NCBI GenBank assembly: GCA_951406725.2
Contig: OX597831.1
Location: 71,052,001 to 71,116,000, forward strand
Direction of reading: 5' to 3'
From: Octopus vulgaris
Taxonomy: Eukaryota
Length of the DNA stretch: 64,000 bases
The position numbers and the translations under genes were made by a program. Under the pieces are notes generated by a model, which did not search any database, had not been told where the DNA came from, and saw nothing but the letters and a program-made list of their open reading frames with translations. Positions 27,855 to 40,937 of the stretch are shown here, piece after piece. Numbering within the stretch: position 1 is the first letter of the stretch; each line of letters begins with the position of its first letter.

Positions 27855-28180
27855 CTTGTATATGATGTGTGGTAAATTTATAGAAAGAAATTCCATAAAA
27901 CTCAACAATTTAGTTAAAAGGGAGAAGACGAGTTGTTAAAATATATAAGAGAATTTTAATTCATGCAGACAATCATCTTGTACAGAGATATAAAAATATT
28001 GCAAATTCATGATCGAATTGAATTAAATTAAATTAATTAAATTAATTAATTATATATATCAATGTATTCTTCAGTGAAGTAAGTATAAACAAAATTTACA
28101 ACTTGTCTTCTCAATTTTTAACTAAATTAATGGGTTTTATTGAACTTCTTTCCATAAATTCACCACACATCATATACAAG
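27855..28180. repeat. MITE-like element with ~85-bp imperfect terminal inverted repeats
   Basis: CTTGTATATGATGTGTGGTAAATTTAT.. versus ..ATAAATTCACCACACATCATATACAAG. Confidence 0.88.
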
Positions 28181-28307
28181 TATTACTTTCAGATCTTCAG
28201 AAATATATGCCTGTTAACTACCAGCAAAATCTGAAGAATTGATATTAGAAATCTTTTTTGGAAACCTCCAAAGTAAAGGACAAATCTATATTCAAACTTT
28301 TTATACC

Positions 28308-28502
28308 TATATATGTGTGTATGTATGTATGTGTGTATGTGTGTATGTATGTATGTATGTATGTATGTATGTATGTATGTATGTATGTATGTATGTGTGT
28401 ATGTGTGTATGTATGTATGTATGTATGTATGTATGTGTGTATGTGTGTATGTATGTATATATGTATGTATGTATGTATATATGTGTGTATGTATGTATGT
28501 AC

Positions 28503-28533
<31 letters not shown>

Positions 28534-28643
28534 TGTATGTATGTATGTATGTATGTATGTATGTATGTGTGTATGTGTGTATGTATGTATATATGTATGT
28601 ATGTATGTATATATGTGTGTATGTATGTATGTACATATGTATG

Positions 28644-28677
<34 letters not shown>

Positions 28678-28722
28678 TGTATGTATGTATGTATGTATGT
28701 ATGTATGTATGTGTGTATGTAT
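28308..28722. repeat. (TATG)n satellite with higher-order duplication
   Basis: Direct reading. Confidence 0.95.
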
Positions 28723-28849
28723 AAATTGTCCACATAGCAAGAATTTACAAACTTCAATGACCATGAAATAACTTTTTCTTTGGAATGGTGAAATTTGAAG
28801 CAAAGTAAGCATAAAGCTATAAAGAATAGCATGTAAATATTAGGTTTGA

Positions 28850-29249
28850 AACCCTTTCAGTTGTCCTTCATTTTCTTGGGCCCACTTCTTCCACAATTAC
28901 AAACATGTACTTGTTTATGCAATTGTCCTCATCCATGCACATCACATGACCAAATCAGTGCAGCCTTCTCTCTTATACGCATCCGATGCATCTTATAACC
29001 AATTTTTTTCTTAAAACACACACATTTCGACATGATTACTAACAATGCATATCCAACGAAACATGCTGACCTCATTTGTTTGCATGTCCTCTGAAATCAC
29101 AGTCTATGTTTCACTACCATGTAATGTAGCTATTTGAACACAAGTATCATATAATCTGCCTTTTATTAAGAAAGAAAAGCCCTTTGTTACCAACAAAGAT
29201 AGAAGCTCCTTGAACTTTTCCCAGCCTGTTCTTATTCTAGCAACTGTCA
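28850..29249 (-). mobile_element. Decayed RTE ORF2 fragment (post-RT region)
   Basis: [51 protein letters not shown]. Confidence 0.85.
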
Positions 29250-29290
29250 AAGGCTTTATTCATGTTGACAAAAGCCAGGATATATATCAG

Positions 29291-29826
29291 TGCAGGCATG
29301 TGCATGCGGTAAGAAGTTTGCTTCTGGCCCACATGGTTCCAGGTTCAGTCCCACTGCATAGCTGCATGGCACCTTGGGCAAGTGTCTTTTACTATAGCTC
29401 TAGATCAGCCAAAGCTTTGTGAGTGAAAATAGATAAAAATTATTGTGGTAAGTAGCTTGGTAACAAACCACATGGTTCCGAGTTCAGTCCCACTGCGTGG
29501 CATCTTGGGCAAGTGTCTTCTGCTATAGCCCCGGGCCGACCAATCCCTTGTGAGTGGATTTGGTAGACGGAAACTGAAAGAAGCCTGTCGTATATATGTA
29601 TATATATATATGTGTGTGTTTGTGTGTCTGTATTTGTCCCCCTAGCATTGCTTGACAACCGATGCTGGCGTGTTTACATCCCCGTCACTTAGCGGTTCAG
29701 CAAAAGAGACCGATAGAATAAGTACTGGGCTTACAAAGAATAAGTCCCGGGGTCGATTTGCTCAAATAAAGGCGGTGCTCCAGCATGGCCGCAGTCAAAT
29801 GACTGAAACAAGTAAAAGAGTAAGAG
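29291..29826 (+). mobile_element. Partial older SINE A (29291-29426) followed by a young SINE A (29444-29826)
   Basis: Match to the family. Confidence 0.88.
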
Positions 29827-30152
29827 AAGCCATCACAAGGATTCTACCTGTAATTCAAAGGTACATCTTAGTCTCCTAAACTGTTTTATGTTTATTCTAC
29901 CTGAGAATTATTTTCAGGAGACACTTGTCTGTGAAATGTTCAGTTACTTACCTGCTAATTCAACAAGCAGGTTGGTTATTTATTTAGTCTTTCAACTATA
30001 GTTTGAATGTCAAAACTGATAAAGCATCTATTTGTCAACCCATAATATATACATATACATGCATGTCTGTGTGTATGTGTGTTTGTGTATGTCTGAGTAT
30101 GTATGCATAAATCATGTGTGTGTGTGTGTGTGTGTGTGTATCTATCTATCTA

Positions 30153-30252
<100 letters not shown>

Positions 30253-30271
30253 ACATACATACATACATACA

Positions 30272-30369
<98 letters not shown>

Positions 30370-30390
30370 AAAATAGAATAAAGGTATACA

Positions 30391-30764
30391 AGCAAACAAC
30401 TGGTTATCTGGTCTGATTATGACAGTTGCTAGAATAAGAACAGGCTGGGAAAAGTTCAAGGAGCTTCTATCTTTGTTGGTAACAAAGGGCTTTTCTTTCT
30501 TAATAAAAGACAGATTATATGATACTTGTGTTCAAATAGCTACATTACATGGTAGTGAAACATTGACTGTGATTTCAGAGGACATGCAAACAAATGAGGT
30601 CAGCATGTTTCGTTGGATACAACTTGAGGGCAGAAATGAATGTTTCAGGAGTTTAGATAACACGAGATCGATAAAACCACCTGAAGCATTCATTTCTACC
30701 CTTAAGTTGTATCAACATATAAATATATAAATGTCATAATCTGACCTGATACCAGTTGTTTGCT
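30391..30764. repeat. Fold-back palindrome whose left arm is interrupted by a 200-bp inverted copy of 29050-29249
   Basis: 30391-30424 pairs with 30732-30764, and 30616-30648 pairs with 30680-30713. Confidence 0.85.
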
Positions 30765-31109
30765 GGTCTGTACTTCTAATCTATTATACAGGGACCAGTT
30801 TGATTGAAGCACTGCCTATAACCAATACTCATTTAGGCAGCTGCAACATCTCTGCATTTTTAGTTACAGTTCAAATTGAAATTTAGACAGAACAACAGAT
30901 TGATCACTGGTTGTATATACTTATTATCTTATGTCCTCAGATGTAATTGTACCTGAAATTTATATAATTATCATCATCATTTAGCATCCACTTTCTATGC
31001 TGGCATGGTGTGTGTGTGTGTGTATACACGTGTGAGTCATCTTAGTGACCATAAGTCAGAGAGAAGTGGGTATATTATCCGAAATGTACTGTATTATATA
31101 TCCATCACA

Positions 31110-31200
31110 GCTGATCATACTAATCAGTTTCGTGCAAGGAACACAATGGAGTGTTAGGTAACAATCTGCTCATATAACCTTACGCTCATCAGACTTAGCC
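31110..31200 (-). ncRNA. Type I hammerhead ribozyme-like motif
   Basis: Minus strand: CUGAUGA-GCGUAAGG..CCUUGCAC-GAAA-CUGAUUAG-UA. The core is intact and stem I is imperfect. Confidence 0.7.
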
Positions 31201-31217
31201 ATATACCCTCCCATATT

Positions 31218-31309
31218 GGCTAACTTTGACGAGTGTAAGGTTATATAATCGGATTGTTACCTAACACTCCATTGTGTTCCTTGTGTGAAACCAATTGGTA
31301 AGATCAGCC
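31218..31309 (+). ncRNA. Type I hammerhead ribozyme-like motif (C3>U variant)
   Basis: GGCUAACU-UUGACGA-GUGUAAGG..CCUUGUGU-GAAA-CCAAUUGG-UA-AGAUCAGCC. Confidence 0.65.
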
Positions 31310-31441
31310 ATGATAGATATATAATACTGTACAGTTCAGATAATATATATATATACATATTAATAGTAGAGTAGCCCATCAGATTAATGTAAAACTGTTT
31401 TTATTATAACAATATAAAAACAAACATTAATGCCTAGTTTT

Positions 31442-31603
31442 AGGTGCAGGTGTGCCTGTGTAGTTAGAAGTTTGCTTCCCAACTTCATGTTTCTGGGTTC
31501 AGTCCCATTGCTTGGCACCTCGGGAAAGTGTTTTCTTCTATATCCCCAGGCAGACCAAAGCCTTATGAGTGGATTTGGTAGACAGAAACTGAAAGAAGGC
31601 TGT
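31442..31603 (+). mobile_element. SINE A 5' half, followed by microsatellite, an RTE-1 tail (31746-31838) and a mariner
   Basis: Match to the family head. Confidence 0.8.
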
Positions 31604-31638
31604 CATATATATATATACATACATATATATATACATAC

Positions 31639-31688
<50 letters not shown>

Positions 31689-31704
31689 ATATATTTATAT
31701 ATAT

Positions 31705-31746
<42 letters not shown>

Positions 31747-31861
31747 ACTGGTGCAGCCTTCGGGCTCCCCAGACCCCAGTTGAACCGTCCAGCCCATGTT
31801 AGCATGGAAAGCGGATGTTAAATGATGATGATGATGATATATATATACACATATATATATA

Positions 31862-33219
<1,358 letters not shown>

Positions 33220-33221
33220 CA

Positions 33222-33640
33222 GCTCCAGCTCATATCCGAACATTGTGTTCATCAGTTTCTGTCCAGACTCCTTGGCTAATGTTTGTGCCAAAAGTGACTT
33301 TGGTGTCCAAGCTGGTGGTGAAAGAGTCATGGGCAGAACTTGCACGAGATGGTCAGTGCAGGTTGAAGATACTCCTTTCTTCTCCTGCACTTTACCGCCT
33401 CATCTTCTTGTCTGCTCTGCTTGAAGGAGCTGGCTCCATTGTGGATAGCAGTCCTCCAGGCTGTCCAATCCATGGCAATCTGTTACCACGAGGATGGCTG
33501 GATGTTAGCTTGATCCAAGGTCCCTTTAAGTTGGTCTTTAAAACCGAATTTTGGACCTCCTCTGGGTCCTGTTCTGATTGCAAGTTCTCTGAACTAGTAA
33601 TTCAGAAGACTGCATCAATCCCTGTGGAATAGTTGGCATC
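33222..33640 (-). mobile_element. RTE (BovB-like, family RTE-3) ORF2 C-terminus
   Basis: [71 protein letters not shown], with a terminal C2H2-like motif. Confidence 0.8.
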
Positions 33641-34233
33641 TGAAAGGGTACCTGTTCATATGACACTGTCTTAAAATGTCTCATCTAACCTATGTCACCA
33701 TGGAGGAATGGATGTAAAGCAACAATGAAGACATACAGACACAAGCTTGGCTGTGTTGAGAAGTTTGTTTTACAGTCATGTTGTTCTGTTTCCAATTCTA
33801 CTGCATTGCACTTTGGACTTGTGTATTCTACCACCTTCCACTCAAAATATCACTTAGAGTATTGGTTCATCCAAGTCTATAAACTTGGATTAACCATTAC
33901 TGTGAGTGGAATTTTAAAACACGGATATTGTTCAGAAGCCTGTTGTGGGTGTGTGAGTACATGTGTGAGTGGGATTTTATTCACAGCAAAATCAAATTAA
34001 ATCTGTTCTTAAAAGGGAACATCGATAACATATCTCATCAAGTAAAGCTATTCCAACGTCTAGTCTTGAGAGTCTTACTTTGAAATCTCTGTCATTTAAA
34101 AAATTTTGTATGTGGTAAAAAGTTTGCTTCCTGCCCCAACCACATGGTTCTGGGTTCAATCCCATTGTGTGGCACCTTGGACTCCCATAGCCTTGAGAAT
34201 GGATTTGGTAGATGGAATTTGAAAGATGCCTAT

Positions 34234-34282
<49 letters not shown>

Positions 34283-34349
34283 GTATGTATGTATGTATGC
34301 ATGCATGCATATATAAAACATTGTTTTCTCAGTAAATTTATTGTTATGG

Positions 34350-34760
34350 GTGGTCATAGAGTGACCATTAGTTGTAAGCTTTGCTTGGCAGAGAGAACAA
34401 AAATCCTTAACGCTCACTCAACCCAGAGACCTTCTTCAACTCCAGGAAAGAAATATTTAGTCACTACCCTCATCTAAAATGTTTCTTACTACAAGAATGG
34501 AATTCCCCAATCATTGAATAGGCCCTTGGCTGCTTCTTTGAATATTACCATGACTGGAGCCAATGTAACAGGTAACATCCCACCTACTACATAATGGACA
34601 AACATTTTATTTACAAAACTGACAAACAGTTAGGCATTTCGTCCTCTAATTGCAAAGCGGTTAAGTGCTTTTGGCCATTTGATTCTGATGAGATACCCAT
34701 GTGGTTAAGCATTTTAGAGGTGTGAAACCGCTGGTTATTCTATGACCAGCCCGAACAATT
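34350..34760 (+). mobile_element. Penelope-like element 3' remnant: GIY-YIG C-terminus plus pLTR region
   Basis: CKLCLAERTKIL..(frameshift)..NSRKEIFSHYPHLKCFLL, stop at 34519-34521. Resembles the PLE CxLCLxEKxxI..LLNxRxE..CxH..KFLL motif. A hammerhead motif follows. Confidence 0.72.
34681..34740 (+). ncRNA. Hammerhead ribozyme-like motif
   Basis: GAUU-CUGAUGA-GAUACC..GGUGU-GAAA-CCGCUGG-UU-AUUC. Confidence 0.65.
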
Positions 34761-35323
34761 ATCCTTCTAAAAAAGTATATTACTGCACTAATTTTTTAGA
34801 AAGTACTTCTTTTTCAGATATTTGAACTACTGACTATATATATATGTATATATATGTATAAGAAATTATGATATATTTGTTTATTTGTGTCTATATACAT
34901 TTCACCACTGTGGTTGTTTGGAACTCTCTGCATTGGTTGTCAGATACTTTAGTTCACAATAATATAATAGAATAAAGACTTCACTGATAACCTGTTGGGA
35001 TTAAGTGTCTAATTGCATTTGAAACCACCCATTGCAGATTTCCAGACAGGCACAATGATGGAATGTATGTAGGAACAACTGATATAAACTTGTTTTTATC
35101 ATCATTCCTTCTACATTTGCTCTGTATATCACAACCAGTAATGCAATTAAGTATAGCAGTTGCTTAAACACTATACTGGAAGCACACTTGATGATGATAA
35201 TCTACATGGAGCTCTAAACTCAATAGTAGCATTCAGAAAACTATTTGTAAACACAAGATATACTCTCTCTATATATATATATGTGTGTGTGTTTATTTAT
35301 ACTACTTATATAATATACAATAT

Positions 35324-35606
35324 ACTATTTATATAATAATTGCTTTATTGTTTCTAAATATACAATACTTGCTCTATAATTTCGACACTTGCTTTATTGT
35401 TTTTAATATATAAAAGCAATTAACCATTAATTGAAGGATGTATTTAAGAGTATTAAATGTATTTTTACAAGGAAAAGCTTGAACAACCAATATCTATCTA
35501 TCTATATATATATATATATATATATGATTATTAAACAATGTATTTAAGTAGAGTATTAAATTTATTTTTACAAGGAAAAGCTTGAACAACCGATACATAC
35601 ATACAT

Positions 35607-35672
<66 letters not shown>

Positions 35673-35853
35673 TTATAATTATTAAACATACATATAGTTT
35701 GCACAAGCTTTTCCTTGTATAAATAAATGTAGTACTCTACTTAAATATATTTTGTCATCCTTTACTCAATGCATAATTGCTTTTATATATTTAAAAATAA
35801 TAAAGTGACTATTGCATATTTGAAATCAATAAAGCCATTATTATATAAATAGT
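35324..35853. repeat. AT-rich fold-back palindrome with internal duplication and microsatellite spacer
   Basis: ACTATTTATATAATAAT..TACAAGGAAAAGCTTG (inner part present twice) versus CAAGCTTTTCCTTGTA..ATTATTATATAAATAGT. Confidence 0.8.
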
Positions 35854-35907
35854 TGTATATACATGTATATATACACACACACATTTTTATATCTATATTT
35901 ATCATAT

Positions 35908-36253
35908 TATTACTACAGCTATTTCAGACATGTTTTTTATTGATGGACGGTTGTTACATCATGCAAACAAAAAAAGGAATATTTTCATCAGGTAAATACA
36001 GGTGAGAATTTACAATTAGAACTTCACATAAACAAATACATATCGCTAGATGACTCAGAAGACTCAGATTCGGTTGACCCAGATTCTAACTGAATTTGTG
36101 TTGGCCAAGACATCTGGCATTATATACTTGTTCTTGATAAGTTCTAAGTGTTAATTCTTACTTGTATTCACCTGATGAAAAGGGTTTTTTTTCTTGTGTG
36201 ATGTAACACTTTTGTTCACCAATAAAAAACATATCTGAAACAGCTGTAGTAAA
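35908..36253. repeat. Fold-back element of two inverted hammerhead-bearing arms
   Basis: 35911-36024 is the reverse complement of ~36139-36251. Plus arm: CTGATGA at 36172-36178 and GAAA-CAGCTG-TA at 36237-36248. The minus arm is equivalent. Confidence 0.8.
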
Positions 36254-36942
36254 CCACAATCCATCTGCTGGTATTGTTTATTCTTCACTAACTTGGAGCC
36301 TGCAATTTGTTTGGATTTGGAGTCTATAGACAGCAATGCAAAAGGTGCAGTGAGTGTACTCATGTGTGACCTTGATGACTCATTGTATCAGCTACTTGTG
36401 AATGCATGCATGAGTACATATTTGTCATTATCCATTGTTTGTACTCGATAGTGGTATCACTGACCTATACAGCAATTAAACATCTTTCAATGTATTTAAT
36501 CAGAGTATCACATATTTTTACAAAGAGAAGGTTGACAATGACTTCAAAGTTTTGCATATCATTGACTTTGTCAGACTAAAGTTCTTTTTTTCCTTTTGTT
36601 TTTGGGTTTTTCAAGCTTTTTATATATTTTAGTTGATCTTGTGGGTGAAGCTTAGTGATTGCAGGTGTTGTTTAATAATATACTGTTGTGAGATGAAAAT
36701 AAAAATGTTTATGTTTATGAAAGCTGAATTAAGGAGTTAATATTAATAAGTATATATTAAATATGTTAAACTGAAAGCTGAAACTTTTCACTCAGTGTAC
36801 ATAAGATTGCAAGTTCAAATCAAGAGAAGATTAACAGTCTACTGTTTTTGTAAACTCACAATATTTCTATTTATCATCATCATCATCATCATCATCATCA
36901 CCATCACCACTACCATTAACACCACCACTGCCACCACTACCC

Positions 36943-37318
36943 TCTTTTTTTTTTACTTGTTTCAGTCATTTGACTGCGGCCATGCTAGAGCACTGCCTTT
37001 AGTCGAGCCAATCGACCCCGGGACTCATTCTTTGTAAGCCCAGTACTTATTCTATCGGTCTCTTTTGCCGAACCTCTAAGTGACGAGGACGTAAACACAC
37101 CAGCATCGGTTGTCAAGCAATGCTAGGGGGACAAACACAGACACACAAACACACACATACATATATATATATATATACATATATACGACAGGCTTCTTTC
37201 AGTTTCCGTCTACCAAATCCACTCACAAGGCATTGGTCAGCCCGGGGCTATAGCAGAAGACACTTGCCCAAGATGCCATGCAGTGGGACTGAACCTGGAA
37301 CTATGTGGTTGGTTAGCA
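36943..37318 (-). mobile_element. SINE A
   Basis: Reverse-complement match. Confidence 0.92.
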
Positions 37319-37334
37319 ACTTTATTATTATTAT

Positions 37335-37775
37335 TTAAGTGTTGAGATGAAAGAATTGTCAGTACATTGGACAAAATTCTTAATGGAATTTCCTCTGCTT
37401 CTTTGTGTTCTGAGATGAAATCCCATTAACGTCGACTTTGCCAGTCATCCTTGTGGCAAAATTTGAAACCATGGCTTTATAAAAAAAGTGCCAGTCAAGT
37501 ACTGGGGATTGATGAAATTGTCTATACCCCTCCCAGTAGAAAATATTATCATCATCATCATAAAGACGGCAAACTGGCAGAATCATTAGCATGTCAGGCA
37601 AATGCTTAGCAGCATTTCGATCGTCTTTACATTTGGAGTTCAAATTCTGTGGAGGTCAACTTTGCCTTTCATTCTTTCGGGGTCAATAAAATAAGTATCA
37701 TTTGTGCACTAGGATCAATGTGATTGACTTGCCATTCCCTTAAAATTTCAGGCCTTGTGCTTATAATAAAAAGGA
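37335..37775 (+). mobile_element. Two tandem family-B-type SINEs
   Basis: Head and Deu/Nin-like block occur twice; the second copy (37563-37775) is the clearer one. Confidence 0.72.
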
Positions 37776-37793
37776 TTATTATTATTGCCATCA

Positions 37794-38275
37794 TAATAAT
37801 AATAATAATAATAATAAAACATTGTGTACAGTGCCCAGGTGCACTACAACTCATCTAAAGTGTATGTATAGTACATAGGGTAATGTACAAGCGTCAGGAA
37901 AAGAACAGTGCATGAGTCATGACATACACATATGTGTATGAGTATGGAAGGGGGACAATCAGATGTAGTTTCGGCGGATTTCGGAAAGCATGAGGGCCTT
38001 ATAGGATGCAGTGTCATGGCAGTCAACAACTGATGCCAGCAGTCTGTTCCATGCTTCAGCAACTCTGAGCGTGAAAAAATGTTTCCGAAAGTCATGGGAG
38101 CTGTGCTGTTTTCTGACTTTGTAGGTATGTCCACGTGTCTTGGACACATGGAGATCAAAAAGGTGTTCAGTGTTGTTGTTGGTGAGGTGGTTGATAACTT
38201 TGTGGGTGTTTACCAAGTCCATCGCCAGACGCCGGAGCTTCAGTGAATCCATGCCCAGGGAAACAAGGCACTCAT
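37794..38275 (-). mobile_element. 5'-truncated CR1-clade LINE with (ATT)n tail
   Basis: LGMDSLKLRRLAMDLVNTHKVI..TRGHTYKVRKQ..RKHFFTLRVAEAWNRL, the CR1 ORF2 C-terminal motif. Confidence 0.9.
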
Positions 38276-38994
38276 CATCATGAATGCCTGAAAGCAATTA
38301 TGGCCAATTGCATTTTGAGTTCAAATCCTGTTAGTTTTCACTTTGTCTTTCATCTTTCAAAAGTCAATAAAATGAATACCAGTAAATTACTGATTTGGAT
38401 TTAATCAGTTAAGACTTTCTCCAAAATCTTCAGACTTGTACTTAGTCAGAAATTATCATAATCATCATCGTTATTTGTTATTAATAGCCTTATGTCACTG
38501 GAGACTGAGTCTTTGAATTAATTTGTATCCCAGTTCTGGCAATAGTCTCTGTCAATTTCTTCTATTCATCCAGAAGTAAAACAGAGATTTTGTTTCTCTG
38601 TTCTTCCTTTTTTTTATTTCTTATTTTTTTCTTCTTTTCATTGCTGAAATATGAAGATAATATTGCAAGTGAGAGGTGTATATGCTAACCATCTCTACCA
38701 GCCAGTACTGCAGACACTACAAATAAATATTATCTGTTCAATAAATGACAATGATTTATTCCAAAACAATACAAAACTAAAAGAACTTTTTGAAATAACA
38801 TACTCATAACAAGTTATACTGGTAAAATAATTCCACTCCATTACACCATTGTGAATGCATTTTTTTATGATTTGTTTTCGTTAGTTTTGTTTGTTTTTTT
38901 ACAGTCTACAATCAAATAGTCGCCAGTTAGTTGTTTAATAGTATTTGATCTTTGGATAATTATCTTAGATGAGATGTTTACCAAACTTCAGTCC

Positions 38995-39041
<47 letters not shown>

Positions 39042-39691
39042 CACAATCTCACATCCACACATTAATTTATAAAAAAATCGATGAAATCCTCTGTCAAAGA
39101 ACAAACATTGTTAAATTATAAATAATAACATCAAAACAGTCTGAATGACTTCTATACCCAACCCCAACCCCCATAAATATTCAGGTCCAATTAGAATTTT
39201 CAGAATTTGTTTCTTTTTTATTTAATTGTTATTGTTGTGGAATAGTCATGACGACTCTGCTTAATGAAACCCAGGTTTCCTTTCAGCAAAAAAAAGGTAG
39301 CCTAAGATTTTTTTAGAACAGACTAAAAATGTGTTTTGAAGAAAAAAGGTGGAGTGGGAGCTTCTTAAGAGCATGAGTAGAACTAATAACTATATTACAA
39401 TGATAATGAATTATGTAAATAGGAAGCCTCCATGTGATCATTCAGCCAGTTACGAGTAGCAATCAAATGCTCCATCAGATCATATCTTGTCATCTTAAAA
39501 AGAACACATTAACTTCATAGGTAATGTGATCCTGGGTTTCACTAAGCTTGAACAAGAATGGGATAATCATGGCTAGAACAACTTTCATCATATGTTATTA
39601 TAGTGGACCTGAAGCTAAACAGAGGCAACATCTATTATGTATAGAAGTTTCATTTTAAAGCTACTTGAATCTGAACCATTTAAAAAGTTGA

Positions 39692-40089
39692 TAGGCGCAG
39701 GAGTGGCTGTGGTAAGTAGCTTGCTAACCAACCACATGGTTCCAGGTTCAGTCCCACTGCGTGGCATCTTGGGCAAGTGTCTTTTACTATAGCCCCGGGC
39801 CGACCAATGCCTTGTGAGTGGATTTGGTAGACGGAAACTAGAAGCCTGTCGTATATATGCATATATATATGTGTGTGTGTTTGTGTGTCTGTGTTTGTCC
39901 CCCTAGCATTGCTTGACAACCGATGCTGGTGTGTTTACATCCCCGTCACTTAGCAGTTCGGCAAAAGAGACCGATAGAATAAGTACTGGCTTACAAAGAA
40001 TAAGTCCCGGGGTCGATTTGCTCGACTAAAGGCGGTGCTCCAGCATGGCCGCAGTCAAATGACTGAAACAAGTAAAAGTAAAAGAGTAA
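39692..40089 (+). mobile_element. SINE A
   Basis: Full-length match. Confidence 0.93.
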
Positions 40090-40637
40090 GAAAGAAGGTG
40101 TCTTACATTCCAAACTACCAAAAAATGATGTGCAGTGCATTCTGAATTGATTACAGTCTCAGAATTGTCTCCCTGAAGACGAACTAACAGCCTGAAATGT
40201 TGAATTGCAAAGAAACAGATTATCCAGGATGGAATGCAGTGGAGGATTTTGGCTGTAACTATCACCTACCTAATACCTTTACACACAATATAAAAATTAG
40301 TATGAAGAAGGAGATTTGGTAGCTTTTTCATGCGAATCAAATACTGCACTAAAGTTGTTTTCTTACATGTGATTTCTTTTGTCTTACTTTGAGAATGTTT
40401 CAGAGCAATTTAGCAATTCCACTAAGACAAGAAATCTTTCAATTCCAATTTTAAAATTGTTTTTTTAAATGTCCTTTGAGATTTATGTGGAGAAGAGATC
40501 AATTGTTACTCAGAGGAATCAACTTCCCAGATGAGAATTCTAATCTAAATTAAGATCTTGGTGTATAATGAAAGCTACAACTTTCCATTTAATCACACCA
40601 TTACTATAATGTTTCACACCTTTCTATATAATAATAT

Positions 40638-40937
40638 CATCACGTGACCGACCAGTCCATCAGATGTAGTTACACATCGCTGGTCACAATGCGTTCACAT
40701 TGTTTTAGCTTTCGAATGACGCCACCCCGCTGGCTAAGTGAGCAGGCCAACAGAAGAAAGAGTGGGAGAAATAGTGGTGAAAGAGTACAGCAGGGATCAC
40801 CACCCCCTGCCGGAGCCTCGTGGAGCTTTTAGGTGTTTTCGCTCAATAAACACTCACAACGCCCGGTCTGGGAATCGAAACCGCGATCCTACGACCGCGA
40901 GTCCGCTGCCCTAACCACTAGGCCATTGCGCCTCCAC
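40638..40937 (-). mobile_element. SINE D with 12-bp TSD
   Basis: ATATAATAATAT at 40626-40637 and 40938-40949. Confidence 0.9.

Larger units (their letters stand above)
31071..31347. repeat. ~277-bp fold-back palindrome; each arm carries a hammerhead-like motif
   Basis: Arms of ~130 bp around a ~17-nt loop (31201-31217). Confidence 0.9.

Noticed and set aside
36151-36363. Minus-strand ORF with a good donor site, as a host exon
   Set aside because: It overlaps one arm of the hammerhead fold-back repeat.
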